From NCBI RefSeq assembly GCF_006345805.1, contig NC_042999.1, positions 31,310,001 to 31,374,000 of the forward strand: 64,000 nt of DNA, written 5' to 3'. Below, piece after piece: positions 1 through 12,934 of this stretch. Each line of letters opens with the position of its first letter. Position 1 is the stretch's first letter. The position numbers were made by a program, and so were the translations under genes. The notes under the pieces were generated by a model. That model did no database searches. It was not told where the DNA came from and worked only from the letters and a program-made list of their open reading frames with translations. The DNA is from Octopus sinensis (lineage: Eukaryota).

Positions 1-310
1 GGGGCAAATGGCAGCGAACCTTCAGTCGGTGGAGTACTCAAGTGCTTACAAAATGCACCATGAAGATGCAATGTATTTACGTACGTCATTATATACTTGG
101 GTGACACGGATTTATTAACGAATATTATTCATAACTTTGCCTCTCATTTCCTCCCTCTCACTCTTTATATAAAGCTATATATACACATGAATATATATAT
201 ACATATATATACTCATATATTTATGTATATATATATGTATATATATATATATGTGTGTATGCGTGTGTGTGTGCATATTGTGTATATATATACCTTCTCT
301 CATTCCTTTG

Positions 311-342
311 TTTTATTTGTTTCAGTCATTTGACTGGGGCCG
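311..342 (-). mobile_element. SINE family A, 3'-terminal fragment only
   Basis: TTTTATTTGTTTCAGTCATTTGACTGGGGCCG matches the 3' end of the fuller copies at 1691 and 12935. Confidence 0.5.
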
Positions 343-367
343 TACAGAGGTACATACATACATACTA

Positions 368-426
<59 letters not shown>

Positions 427-1526
427 AAAGTACAAAGTGAGATAGGGGTTATATTGGTTAAGCAATATTGGTTAAGAACAACAGTCAGAATACCAGGAAT
501 AGCAAAAACAAGTAAAACCCCCACAACAACAACAACAACCAGGAAATCATGAAAAGTAACAAGCTAAAGGACAACAACAGTCAGAAAATCATGAACAGCA
601 TCAACAACAGGAAGAGCTACTCCTAAATTCTAGCATAATTGCTGATTTACTGAACGATAGCACCTCTTGACCTCTCTGTCATTCACCACTCTCACAGTAG
701 CCACCACAATTATCATCATCACCACCGCTGCAACCATCCTCTTCTACCACCTGAAATACTAAAGACGAACCACTGCTTTCTTCTCCCACCTCGCCACATC
801 AACCGTACTCTATTATGAAAAAAAAAATAGTAGCGGAATGTGTGCCCTACGACACTAAGAAGAAACCCACAAAATATGCCGTTATTCCCTATATTACACG
901 CTCTGCACACGTACTGACTGCATCTTTACACATCGACTTGACACTAGACGTACACTCCAGACAAACACTACCAGCCAGGGCCAAATAATGCATCACAATA
1001 TCATCAGCACCACCAAATAGTAAATTGAATGTTTAAACACGCATAACACGGGATGTCAGAATCTGCCGGTATTCCCAACGCGAGAAACTGTCTGCCGCGT
1101 GACCGTCCCTTTGCTCATCTTCCAGGACACGACGCATTAACAGAATTAAGGCCTTCAAGCCAACACATAAACCGCAGTAATATCATTGCCTACCGTAGTA
1201 ATACTGATCCAGTCTTTTCACGAAGACGCAACAACAACAACAAAACACAGCAAAAGCGGAAACCACAATCATATCCAACAGTGCAACCGCACTTCCAGTG
1301 AAACTGCTCCCTACGCAGGAAAATTCTTTTTCAGCCATGTTAAACCTGAGAAAAGAGATACACAAAACCTTTTTAGCAACCGCTCAATACCTACCTATGT
1401 TCTTTTCCCAGTGCACCAAATCCCCACATTCCTGTCAGTAACACATATTCAGAAAAAAGCCCCCTGCAACAGTCACAACCTGCCACTAGGCTAGCCTCCA
1501 CATTTGTATTTAATGTACAATACGAA

Positions 1527-1662
1527 GGGTTATTTCTCCCTAAGCAATAACTCTGTCATCGGGTTGGTCATGTCGTTCGGTTCCTGATTTGAATCACTTT
1601 GCCAGGTGGTGCTATTAAGTTGGATATGGCCTGTGGCAATATTGGCCGAAACCTATCAAATT
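1527..1662 (+). mobile_element. CR1/L2-like LINE 3' end, older diverged copy
   Basis: Aligns by eye to the reverse complement of 31069-31220 (CAATAACTCT...TCCTGA...GCCAGGTGGTGCTATTAAGTT..ATGGCCTG..GCAATATTGGCCGAAACCT); ends in (AC)n. Confidence 0.65.
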
Positions 1663-1690
1663 ACACACACACACACACACACACACATAA

Positions 1691-2117
1691 ATACTCTTTT
1701 ACTCTTTTACTTGTTTCAGTCAATTGACTGCGGCCAAGCTGGAGCACCGACGTTAGTCGAGCAACTCGACCCCGGGACTTATTCATTGTAAGCCCAGTAC
1801 TTATTCTATCGGTCTCTTTTGCCGAACCACTAAGCGACGGGGATATAAACACACCAGCATCGGTTGTCAAGCAATGCTAGGGGGACAAACACAGACACAC
1901 AGACACACACGCACACTCATATATATATATATAATATTATATATATATATACATATATACGACGGGCTTCTTTCAGTTTCCGTCTACTAAATCCACTCAC
2001 AAGGCTTTGGTCGGCTCGAGGCTATAGTAGAAGACACTTGCCCAAGATGCCACGCAGTGGGACTGAACCCGGAACCATGTGGTTGGTAAGCAAGCTACTT
2101 ACCACACAGCAACTCTT

Positions 2118-2121
<4 letters not shown>
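1691..2121 (-). mobile_element. tRNA-derived SINE family A, near full length, with central (TG)n/(TA)n microsatellite
   Basis: Minus strand: A-box-like TTGCTGTGTGG, B-box-like GGTTCAGTCCC, TTGGGCAAGTG body, GGATTTAGTAGACGGAAACTGAAAGAAGCCCGTCG, microsatellite, then second module ending GACTGAAACAAGTAAAAGAG; multiple homologous copies in window. Confidence 0.9.
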
Positions 2122-2187
<66 letters not shown>

Positions 2188-2843
2188 TTTGTGTTTATTT
2201 TGGTATCGAATACATATGGATTGGATCTATGGAAGGAAAGCGAAAATCTTGCATGCCGCTTTTCCAGCATTTCGATGATTCTGCTAACCATCCCACGCAC
2301 GCGTGTACAGAGACTTATAGGTTTCCAAACTACTGCAAAGACACTCCTGTAAGAGCTGGATACATATACAAAATTACTACTTTACTCGTATTACTATTAA
2401 ATAATCCAGTATACAATATACTTCACAGAATACAGATACACGCATATATGATAATTTTTTTATAGTTTTACTCTTTTTCTGCTAATGAAAGAAGTTGCTG
2501 AAGATATATGTTGTGACAAGTAAGAAAGATTAATAATCCTAATAAGCAGATAAGTTTACACAGTAATTAAAACTTTGCCGAACAGTATTGATTTCCCAGA
2601 GTTGTCTGCTAAGGTGTTGATTACTCACACACGATCATACACATACACAGTTATACATATATACACAAATATGTTTAGATAAGAGTGCGTGCATATTAGT
2701 TTCAGCGTGGCATCAGTAAGTCAATACATACATGCGTACATAAACACATATGATATAATCACTGAAGCACACACGTACACACACGCATGCACAAATATAA
2801 ATATATGTGTGTGCGTATGTGTGTGTACATATATATGAATGTA

Positions 2844-2879
<36 letters not shown>

Positions 2880-2907
2880 GCATACATATATTAATTGTAT
2901 ATACTTG

Positions 2908-2950
<43 letters not shown>

Positions 2951-3689
2951 TGTATATACATACACACACACATACACACACACACACATACACACACACA
3001 CATACACACACACACATATATATTAATTTTGTATATATACGTGGGCGCGCATAGGTGTGTGTATTTACACACGTATGTGTGGGTTGTTTGTCACTATTTC
3101 TGCTTTTTTTGTTAAATATAAGGAGGGAAACCGAAAATGGTGTAGTTCAGAAATATTATTCAATTAACAAATGATATGCGAAGAAGAATATCATGATCGA
3201 GAAACGTATTTGGAGGTAGGTGATATCTATTAAATGATGATTATCGTAATTACTCTCTCTAAAGATCATTAGTTATATTATAAGTCTCTTAATACAATAT
3301 ATGTAGATAAATAGGTTCTGCTACTTATGCACAAGTAATATATCAACGTGACGTTACCATTTTACTAAAAACGTGGGAGCCACTTGTTATTCGCTCCGTA
3401 GCAGTTAATTACATCTCTAATTAAAACCTCTCATATGATGATTTAAAGGATACATTGCGCAATATTTATATATATATATATACAATGTGACAAAACAGGA
3501 AATGATGGTCACTTATTGAGCAACGTTTTGCAAACACATATCAGTGTTGTCACTGAGACCTAGACTTTCCCTTGATTAAGAAGTGCATTAAGCCTACAAA
3601 CATCACTAATATATACTCTATATTTTTAGCGATATTTATTTGCATTTTCATAGTTTGCACCAACACCTATCTATCTATCTATCTATCTA

Positions 3690-3720
<31 letters not shown>

Positions 3721-3725
<5 letters not shown>

Positions 3726-4562
3726 AAATAATATTCAATACATACGCACATTTCAAAGGACAATGCAAATAAGAAACAATTTATAACCGTAGTAATTATA
3801 ATTAAATTTATACATAGTCACTTTCAGCAGTGTGAGGAATCTTTGGAAGGACATGAAAAAAGGCTTAATAAAATAAAGTAAAACAAAGTACGATAAAATA
3901 AGGGAGACTACAAATGGGGTAATAGGGGAAAAATTGTATATTTGCAAGCAAGTTTTAAAAGGGGAAAAATAACTAATAATGATAAGAGAGACGAAAGGAA
4001 AAAAAAAAGACAGGCATATCAATGTGTATGCATGTGTATATCTGCGCTACACTATAACATAACAGTAAGAATGAAAAGCTAACGGTTATGTTTAAAACGG
4101 GATAACAGGTCGAGACAAAGGATAATAAACAGGGCCACGTGTGTATAGTAGAATATAACGTCATAGGTGGACTAGTAGAAAAAACAGATAGTTATACTTA
4201 TACATATTAATACTGAAAAACTATTTTATAGTTTACCACATATATAGACGTACATACACATTGATATGTCCGTCTTTTTCCCTTTTCGTCTCTCTTACTA
4301 TTATTATTACCGTTATTTTCCACCTTTTACAACTTGCTTGCAAATATCCGACTTTTTCACTATTACCCCATTTGTATTCTCCCTTATTGTATCTTATTTT
4401 ACTTTATTTCATTAAACCTTTTTTGATGTCCTTACAAAAATTCCTCACACTAATGAAAATACAATGCATAAATTTAACTATAATTACTAAAGTTATAAAT
4501 TTTTTCTTACTTATTTGTATTGTCCTTTAAAGCGTGCATATGTATTGAATCTTATTTTGTAT
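3721..4562. repeat. Long inverted (fold-back) repeat: arms about 3721-4045 and 4238-4562, spacer about 190 bp
   Basis: Reverse complement of right arm aligns along its length to left arm (e.g. AGTGTGAGGAAT, AATAAAGTAAAA, CAAATGGGGTAATAG, TATTTGCAAGCAAGTT, CATATCAATGTGTATG); ORFs 3753..4022(-) and 4261..4530(+) give near-identical peptides. Confidence 0.92.
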
Positions 4563-4864
4563 TAAGTCTAATTTTCATTCAACATCTTCTCCTCTACTTT
4601 TCTACAACTGTACCTATAACGCTATTTCTTAACTACTATTTTCATGCTCTTATTACTTACTCTGACTGGTTTTTTTATGAATATGATGAATATTTATTAG
4701 AAATCATTATTTCTCTCTTTTTTGGACCTCTCAAAAAGTTTGAATTGTTCTCTTTTAAAATTATTTTTTCACACACACGCACCTCCAATCACATAACACA
4801 CACGCGCACACACACACCCACACACATATATATATTTGTGATGGTATTTTAATAGTAGTACCTT

Positions 4865-4867
<3 letters not shown>

Positions 4868-4898
<31 letters not shown>

Positions 4899-4913
4899 AT
4901 ATATATATATACG

Positions 4914-4979
<66 letters not shown>

Positions 4980-5008
4980 ATATATATAGATATATATATA
5001 TAGATATC

Positions 5009-5100
<92 letters not shown>

Positions 5101-5197
5101 AGATATATAATATATATATAATATATATGTATATATATATATATATATATGTTATATATATATATATGATAATATATTATATATATATATATATATC

Positions 5198-5228
<31 letters not shown>

Positions 5229-5298
5229 TATAGATATATATATATTATATATATGACATATGTATATAATATATATATTATATATATCTATATATATA
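4868..5298. repeat. Imperfect (TA)n array
   Basis: Direct reading. Confidence 0.95.
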
Positions 5299-6716
5299 TG
5301 AATGACAGAAAAATAGAGAGATAGACAGTTGTAGATACAGATGTGTTTGTGTGCGCGGTGCATGTGTGCATACGTATATGAATAATGTGAAGAATGGCCT
5401 ATTTCCAGTTTACTAACGCTTTAGTCATTCAGGCCTATTTCACTGGTTATATGAAGATTTATAATAAACGTTTCTTTGAGCCCTTGTACGTACATCAACA
5501 CAATATAACCCCAATTCTTTTTGTGACATTTCAGAAATATGGAGCAAGTTGGGATTACTCTACCAACGTTCAGCACCGTTAAAATCGCCACATGTTAGAC
5601 TTAATTTCTTTTCTAGACAGCAATATAATCTGAAATTTAAATGGACTTTTAAACGTAGAGTAGAAAAACTACGTTTATTTATTACTACAATCACCTGCGT
5701 TGAAATGATCTTTATATAGTGGGAGTTATTCAGGAGATAGTTCCACAAATGGTTGGGCTCTATCCGGTAGTAAACAATTATTTTTAACTTTGTTGTACTA
5801 CAAATCTATCTGTTGAAGAATGATGTGAAACTTATGTAAATGGATTCATGTCATGAACAAAAAACAGAATACCAGTTTCCCTGTATAAAGGAAGTTAAGA
5901 CACCCAGATTCTGGAATGAAAAGTGGTAATATATTAGCAGGTGTAAATCGGTTTTATTGATGTTTTACAAAGCATACATAATTATTCTCGTACTTTTGTA
6001 AATTGAGTCACTCCTATTTCGTTCTTAGAGAAAAATTGTACTTCGTCTTCCTTATTGTGAGAATCGTCAACTAACTTATTGCTTGCAATAAACATTGCAT
6101 TATTTTCATTTACTGTATTTCTCAAACTTCTTTAAAACTTTACATTCGTTATAAAAGTAGATAATTTTGTTTCTACCTTCTCAATGACTGGCTATGATTG
6201 AAATTGTATTGCGCAAATCGAAACAGAAAATTCTAATAATACTTCTTATTTTTTACATTTTTACGAGAGGATTCAAAAAGAAAATAACAACTTTTTTTAG
6301 CAATGGTGTACACATGACGTGGGAATATTTAGCACCTAATCCCCCTTATAACCCCAAAGACCAGACCATAAGAAAAAGAAAATCTATTATCTTGACTTTA
6401 ACAAGAAAATTATATAGAAAAAATATTTTAAAATTTACAGGGACGTGCTTAATCCATAATTTCAACTCAGAATTTAACTGATATTTCCTTTAAGGAAGTG
6501 AGCATGCGCGCGTATGTCCGTCTGTATGTGTGTGTGTGAGTGTGTGTGTGTGTGATTTAGTTATTAGTATTTGGTGTTATTTGAATATAGAAAGTACTTT
6601 TAATACATAAAACATAAGACTATGAAGATATAAGATGATAGACAGAAAATCAATAATTATGTCTGGATTTTATATACAGGAAATATTCCCATGAAGTTAT
6701 CTATCTATCTATCTAC

Positions 6717-6754
<38 letters not shown>

Positions 6755-7485
6755 AATATATAAATATATATAAATATAAAATATAAGTGTTAAACATAGG
6801 TGTTAAATTTTAATTGTCTTCTGATATTGCTTTTAACACATTAGTGAATAAATAATATTGATTTTGTATTGATCGTTTTCATTAAGCATGAGGTCAGATA
6901 AATGGCTAATGTTGTCATCCTATTAAAGTCAAGACCAGTATATTGCATTCTATGAAGATTTTTTTGGTCTTGTGTTGAAATTCTTGAAAATATCTTCTGA
7001 CACAGGAAAGATGTAGAACTGGTAGTTATGAAATTTTATAATTCGTCTAAATCAATCTTAGTTTAATCCGTTCAAACATTTTTTTTTATTTATTTGTTAT
7101 TGGAAATCATTTTCATGAAACAATTATTGAAAGAGCCGTTGGAAACAATATTGAAATGCGATGTATAAATCTGCACGATCATGTGAGTATTTTTACACTT
7201 TGTTTACGATAATGTGTTGATATGTAAAAGAAGAAAAAATTGATAATGAATAAACTGGAAAGTTACAGAGAAAACAACAAAACATGCATGTGCTAAGAAT
7301 CAAACAATTTCAATATAATTAGTATAGTAATTAGTATTGTTTGCAGTAAATTGAGAATAAGAATTATGGGTGTGAGAAACAAAGTAGGTATGTTTGAGAG
7401 TTTATATAGAATATGTATATGTGTATAAATGTTGGTCTGCATATATTGAATACTAAATGTTTAAATGTAATTTTCTGAATGACGT

Positions 7486-7755
7486 TGTTGTGAGAATGCA
7501 ATGAACTCTGTGTATGCATGTTTATGTTGTTTGCGTATACATGTTTATACGAAAATATACATGCCGCTCAGGTATGCATTTTTTTTAAAGTAACTATTGT
7601 AGCTAGCGTTTCATCACCAAACTGAATCATGTCGTTGTTGTTAACTCATTGTCAACTCACTAGCGAAAATTTTTTGTCTACCGTATCTGTCAAAGAAGTT
7701 GAATAAAGCCTTATTTCCAATACGGCAATTCTGTTTTACTTACAAACGCACGACA
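7486..7755 (+). mobile_element. Candidate 5' LTR of Gypsy element
   Basis: Starts TGTTGTG, ends CACGACA (near-perfect terminal inverted repeat, TG...CA), AATAAA at 7702-7707, lies 65 bp upstream of the gag ATG; no second LTR or clear PBS seen. Confidence 0.45.
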
Positions 7756-7819
7756 ATTCTGAACTTGTCCGTTCTCTAGTCTGGTACTTACATTTCAATT
7801 TATTCAACTTCTTTTAAAC

Positions 7820-8358
7820 ATGGATCGATTTCTACGTCCCAAACAATTTGACGCAGATTCTAATTCGACAAATGCAGCCAAACAATGGAATCACTGGCAC
7901 AGGACCTTCATCAACTTTATTAATACTTTAAAATAGAATCAATCAGATAAACCGAATAGACTTATCAACTATATTGCTCCATCTGTGTACTAATATGTAG
8001 CTGATTCCTCTTCATATGACGCTGCCATACAAATATTACAGAATCTCTACGTGAAGCCCAGGAATGAAATTTCTTCAAGAAATTTACTAGCTACACATAA
8101 ACAAGAATGCGGTCAAAGTCTCGATGAATTTTGCAAAAATTCAAATCATTAGTCAATGATTGTAATTTTCAATTAGTTTCCGTTAATAAATATAGAGACG
8201 AATCTATCCGAGACGCTTTCATCATCGGATTGCAATCTAATAATATTCGACAAAGGCTTCTCGAAAAGAAAATACTTGATCTTCAAACAGCTTATGATGA
8301 AGCCAGATCACTTGAAATGGCCTGTACTTACTCAAAATCGTACCATTTATCACCTTAA
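7820..8358 (+). pseudogene. Gypsy-type LTR retrotransposon gag, degenerate
   Basis: MDRFLRPKQFDADSNSTNAAKQWNHWHRTFINF ... YDAAIQILQNLYVKPRNE ... IRDAFIIGLQSNNIRQRLLEKKILDLQTAYDEARSLEMA, with stops and frameshifts; typical gag of invertebrate Gypsy elements. Confidence 0.85.
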
Positions 8359-8409
8359 TCAGCCTAAAATTGTGCAGCAACAGATAATCTAACCACGGAT
8401 GTGGGCGAA

Positions 8410-9052
8410 ACAAACACTGTTAACTATTGTTGACGAATACTCACACTTCCCGTTTGCATTTGCCTGTACTGATACTTCTACCTTTACTGTCCTTTGTTGA
8501 TTCACTCAGTTGTTTCCTGCTTTTGGAATGCCATCATACGTCCAAATTGATAGAGGACCTGCATTTATGTCAGAGGAATTGAGATCTTTCCAACTACAGA
8601 AATGAGTAGCAACAAGTCGCACAACTCCATAGAATCTTCGTTGCAACGGTCAGGTGGAGAATTTGAATGATGCGCTCTGGAAAGCCATTACTCTATCCTT
8701 CCGATCCTGTACTTTGCCAAACAATCATTGGGAGCAAGTACTTACAGACTCTCTGCACTCTCTCAGATCGTTACTCTGCACAGATACAAATGAAACTCCA
8801 CATGAACGACTATTTTCCTGCAACCTTACAATGGAAACAATACTGCCCAACTGGCTTCTGACTCCTGGACCTGTGTACTTGAAAAGGAATGTCAGATAAT
8901 CCAAGTACGACACCCTGGTTGATGAAGTAGAACTCTTAGACTGTAACCCTCAATATGCACATGCACGTTTATCTGGTGGAAGGGAAACAAGTTTGTCACT
9001 TAGACAGCTGGCTCCAATCCCCGAGACTTTGATCGATCAACAAAACCATTAA
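8410..9052 (+). pseudogene. Gypsy-type integrase (rve core plus C-terminal region), degenerate
   Basis: LTIVDEYSHFPFAFAC...FGMPSYVQIDRGPAFMSEELRSF...TSRTTP*NLRCNGQVE..NDALWKAITL...HSLRSLLCTDTNETPHERLF...WLLTPGPVYLKRNVR*SKYDTLVDEVELLDCNPQYAH; in-frame stops. Confidence 0.92.
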
Positions 9053-11789
9053 AAGCTTGTGCAAACTGACGAAATGCCTAACATACGTACTTTCAAACTA
9101 CGAAATCACCTGAAAGTAATGATATAAACATTGAACATACTCACCAATACACCCAAGAGACTGATAATATCAATCAATGTGTTGAGCAGCATATTGGATA
9201 GTTTAACCTTAATGTCCTGTTAGATGAAATTTGCTACATATTTTCTCCTGAGCCACAATCTAAATGAATTTTTTTTATCAGTGTTGACTACAGCAACTTA
9301 ATGTTCACAAAACGTTTGTGCCTACTAAAAGCAAATTGTACGATATATGCAACACCTCTAAATGAACACCTTATGCTTTGCAACTGGACTTACGCAGACC
9401 ATTCGAAAATGTTGATCTCAAAACTAACCTCGGGTTTCATGTACATGAACCTTGGAAGCTCTGTCATATTTTGTTTCTTTAGACGGCACATGTTACCCCA
9501 TTATTGCGCATCAAACACTGAATAAGAAGTTAAAAAATGTACAAACATATAATTTTATTCTAGTGAACAAATACACGCCAGACACATAAAGTCACTCTAA
9601 AACGACCACCGAATGAAATCAATATTTTATCGATGATCATGCTTGGTGCGCTTTCAGATGATTATCCTGGAAACAGATTGAGCATTTGAACTCAAGTGTT
9701 CGAAAATAAATTAATTAGTTTTATCAGCAAAGCTACGAAATCAGATTGGAAAATATAACAAAAATATATAAAATTAAAAATAAATATAATATAAAGGAAA
9801 AAAAGAAAGAACGAAAGAAAGAAAAGGTGACCTGTACAATATGGAAATTTTGTTCATAGAATTATGAAAAAAAATTAAATAATTATAATGTTTAAACGGA
9901 ATATTGGTTTAATCAGATGTGAAAATAATCCTCTCGTGTAGAAGTATTATTTCAATTATTGCAAGATAAAAGTGAGTAGAATCACTTAACATCAGAGATT
10001 TTAGTTAAAAAATAATAACTGTTCGAATTTAAATATCTGTCATTTTGTCATTTTCTAGCAGAAATTTTAATTTACAACTTCTAAATGAAGGTGTAAATTT
10101 CAAATGTAACTTAATATTCACTCGCTTGTTTGCCTGTGTTGGTGTCTGAGCATAAGCGTGTTTCGTGTATATACATGGCTAGCCTATATAATTCTCAAGT
10201 CCAGTTCAATTCATAATGTACATTTCTACCAGACAGTGACTGCTCTATGCTTTTGAATGCCCTCTTCAAACCATTATTTTATATTTAATTCAATTTTCTT
10301 TCTAAATAACTTTCACAAATTCCTTTCTCTTTACTGTGATTTCCCCACCATGCCTAATTCGTCCATATTCAGAATATAAAATGTTTACAAAATATAATTT
10401 TATAACCACTGCAGAGAACATGTAATATTACAAACACACACACACAACACAAATACCCACACATACACACACTGCTAAATGAAACGGATGAGAAACCACC
10501 ATTAGACCAAAGATTTCATTACATGTAGTTTGAAAAAATATGCTAATTATGCAACCATACTTCATAGCATCTCTTGTTAATTTAACAGAATAATCTTAAG
10601 AAAATAAACTCGATTAAATCTTAGCAACAGTTGAAACCTAGATACCAGTATCGCTGTTTCTGATTCCCACCACAGCAGTTATCATTAAGGAAAGCTATTT
10701 ACAATTGATCAAACTTTTCTGAAACTTTAATGAAATCCACACTATTCTTAAACTAATTTTACAGAGACAGGTAATAGAATTTTGTAAAAAAAAAAGCAAA
10801 CAAAAAGAAAATATGCCTAAATCATCATCAGTATTATTCAGCTTCTCCTAATCAAAATGAAGCGATATTTCCCATTTCATTATTTAGTTGTTGTTTTTTT
10901 CTTTGTTTTGCTTTCAATTTAATTTCATTTTATTGCAATTTAATCTCAAATGAATAGAAAGTGCTATTCAATTTGCCATTATTTGACAAATGAACACATT
11001 TTATACAGCATATGACATGGCAGGCATTGACTTTACCTCTGAGATATGTCCTTAGAGGGAGGTATGTTTTCATACAGAAATGTCATTTCGGAAATGAAAA
11101 TTATGTTTAGATGCAACATCTGAAGCGAATGACATGGCAATGTTGCTTCTCTTTCAAATCAACATTTTACATCATTATCTTTTTTGTTGCTTTTCTTGCT
11201 TTTAATTTCTTCCTTTAGACACACCCAAAATGTCCAGTCATAAGATTTCGAAAGAAATTTCACAAATTTCTTCACTCAAAACTGACACTGACACAAAAAT
11301 ACTCATATAATATACGTACGGGTGTGTCTGTGCGTGTCTCTGTGTGTGTCTATTTTGATATATCTTATGCGAAGGAAGAGTTTTAAAATGTCCGCTTTAC
11401 ATGTACCATTTACGTTTCAAGTTGACAAAGCGCATAATGAAGTCATGTTATAGTTTCAGTAAACTATAAACTATGAAACTAAGCACTTATGCTAAGAAAA
11501 GTGACATCTAAGTATAAACAACGTTTGTAAGTGAGGGATGGACGCGATTGGAGTGGCATTATTGCAAAAATGTACTCGTTCAATCACACATTACACATGT
11601 TATTTCTGATAAGAAGCCGTAAACGAACGAACGTATCTGTCTCATGTCATTGTCATTTACTCATTTTACTTCTAGTAATGTCTACGTTGCCGTCATCATC
11701 GTCGTCGTCGTCGTCATCACTACCACCATCACGGAATACAAAATAGTTAATAATAATAAAAATCCTTTCTATCATAGGTAAAAGACCTG

Positions 11790-11950
11790 AAATTTGCAGG
11801 AAGCGCCTATCTAGTTCATTACGTGGCCACCTGTACTCAGCTGCTAGCTATTTTTATCAGCCCAGAAAGAATGAAAAGCACCTGTAGGAGTCGAACTCAA
11901 AAATAATGACGGACGAAATACCGCAAGGCATTTTGCGAGGTTTGCTAACG
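11790..11950 (-). mobile_element. SINE family B (Nin/Deu-domain type), degenerate
   Basis: Homologous to 41305-41533 (GCTAACGATT, GACGAAATACCGC, GAACTCA, GAAAGAATGAAAAGCA). Confidence 0.65.
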
Positions 11951-11972
11951 ATTGTTCCTGCTACTGCCGTAA

Positions 11973-11977
<5 letters not shown>

Positions 11978-12041
<64 letters not shown>
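11978..12041. repeat. (TAC)n(TAA)n trinucleotide microsatellite
   Basis: Direct reading. Confidence 0.95.
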
Positions 12042-12042
<1 letters not shown>

Positions 12043-12253
12043 TACGCAAAATACTTTCTTTGTAATCTCAAGTTTTAGAACAAACATCATTTTCGTATGG
12101 TTTTTTAGGCATTCACTAGTACAACACTAAGTACAAAAGCAAATATATGGCATCCTAGGCATACCACCAACATGAACTTCCAACTTGTTGTCTCTTGAGG
12201 TCTCTGGGTGAGACTTGGAGCCAGCTTGTGCAAATGTAAAGCAAAAGTCAAAC

Positions 12254-12284
<31 letters not shown>

Positions 12285-12294
12285 TAATAATCTT

Positions 12295-12463
12295 TACTGC
12301 TGGAATTTGTGGGGAGTGTCATAGTCCATCACATGGACCCCAGTACTTGACTGGTTCTTCATTTATCAACCTCGAAAGGATGAAAGGCAAAGTCAACCTC
12401 GGCTGAATTTGAACCGCTAAGCCTTTCACCCGCCGTGCTAACGACTCTGCGAGCTCACCGCCT
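12295..12463 (-). mobile_element. SINE family B (Nin/Deu-domain type)
   Basis: Minus strand GAGGCGGTGAGCTCGCAGAGTCGTTAGCACGGCGGG...GGTTCAAATTCAGCCGAGGTTGACTTTGCCTTTCATCCTTTCGAGGTTGATAAATGAAGAACCAG...TACTGGGGTC. Confidence 0.85.
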
Positions 12464-12464
12464 C

Positions 12465-12499
<35 letters not shown>

Positions 12500-12645
12500 T
12501 GATAATAATAATAATAATAACAATAATAATAATAATAATGATAATGATAATAATAATAATAAAGAAGAAGAAGAAGAAGAAGAAGAAGAAGAAGAAGAAG
12601 AAGAAGAAGAAGAAGAAGAAGAAGAAGAAGAAGAAGAAGAAGAAC
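12464..12645. repeat. Compound (AAT)n + (GAA)n microsatellite
   Basis: Direct reading; source of the poly-N/poly-E ORF. Confidence 0.97.
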
Positions 12646-12934
12646 AAGAATCGTTAGAACTAATGTGTAAGAGGCTGTTTGTAGATTTGATATATATGAT
12701 GGGATAAATCAGTCCTGATACAACTAGTTCTTGTTCACTTAATAGTATCTCTAGATCATCTAGATAGTCGTTACAACATGGGTTTCCGCTACGGGGAAAA
12801 TATTTTGACTAACAATATCAAGTTATACATAGTAGCGAGTAATTTAAAAACGGTATAAAATTTGCTAATTACAGTTTTGTTATACTTGCAATAATATTTA
12901 TGCTTAATCTTAACACGCATCATGTAAATTCGTT

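Noticed and set aside
460-1500. C/A-rich non-repetitive stretch with several 60-100 aa ORFs
   Set aside because: No recognisable domain and no consistent splice signals; may be an old TE interior but cannot be supported
11008-11061. Short CAG|...GAG|GTATGT exon-like segment (HMTWQALTLPLRYVLRG)
   Set aside because: Too short, no homology, and such sites occur by chance in AT-rich DNA
12105-12290. Possible LINE 3' UTR ending in (AAT)n
   Set aside because: Looks like a retroposon tail, but there is a single copy in the window and no coding remnant to support a class
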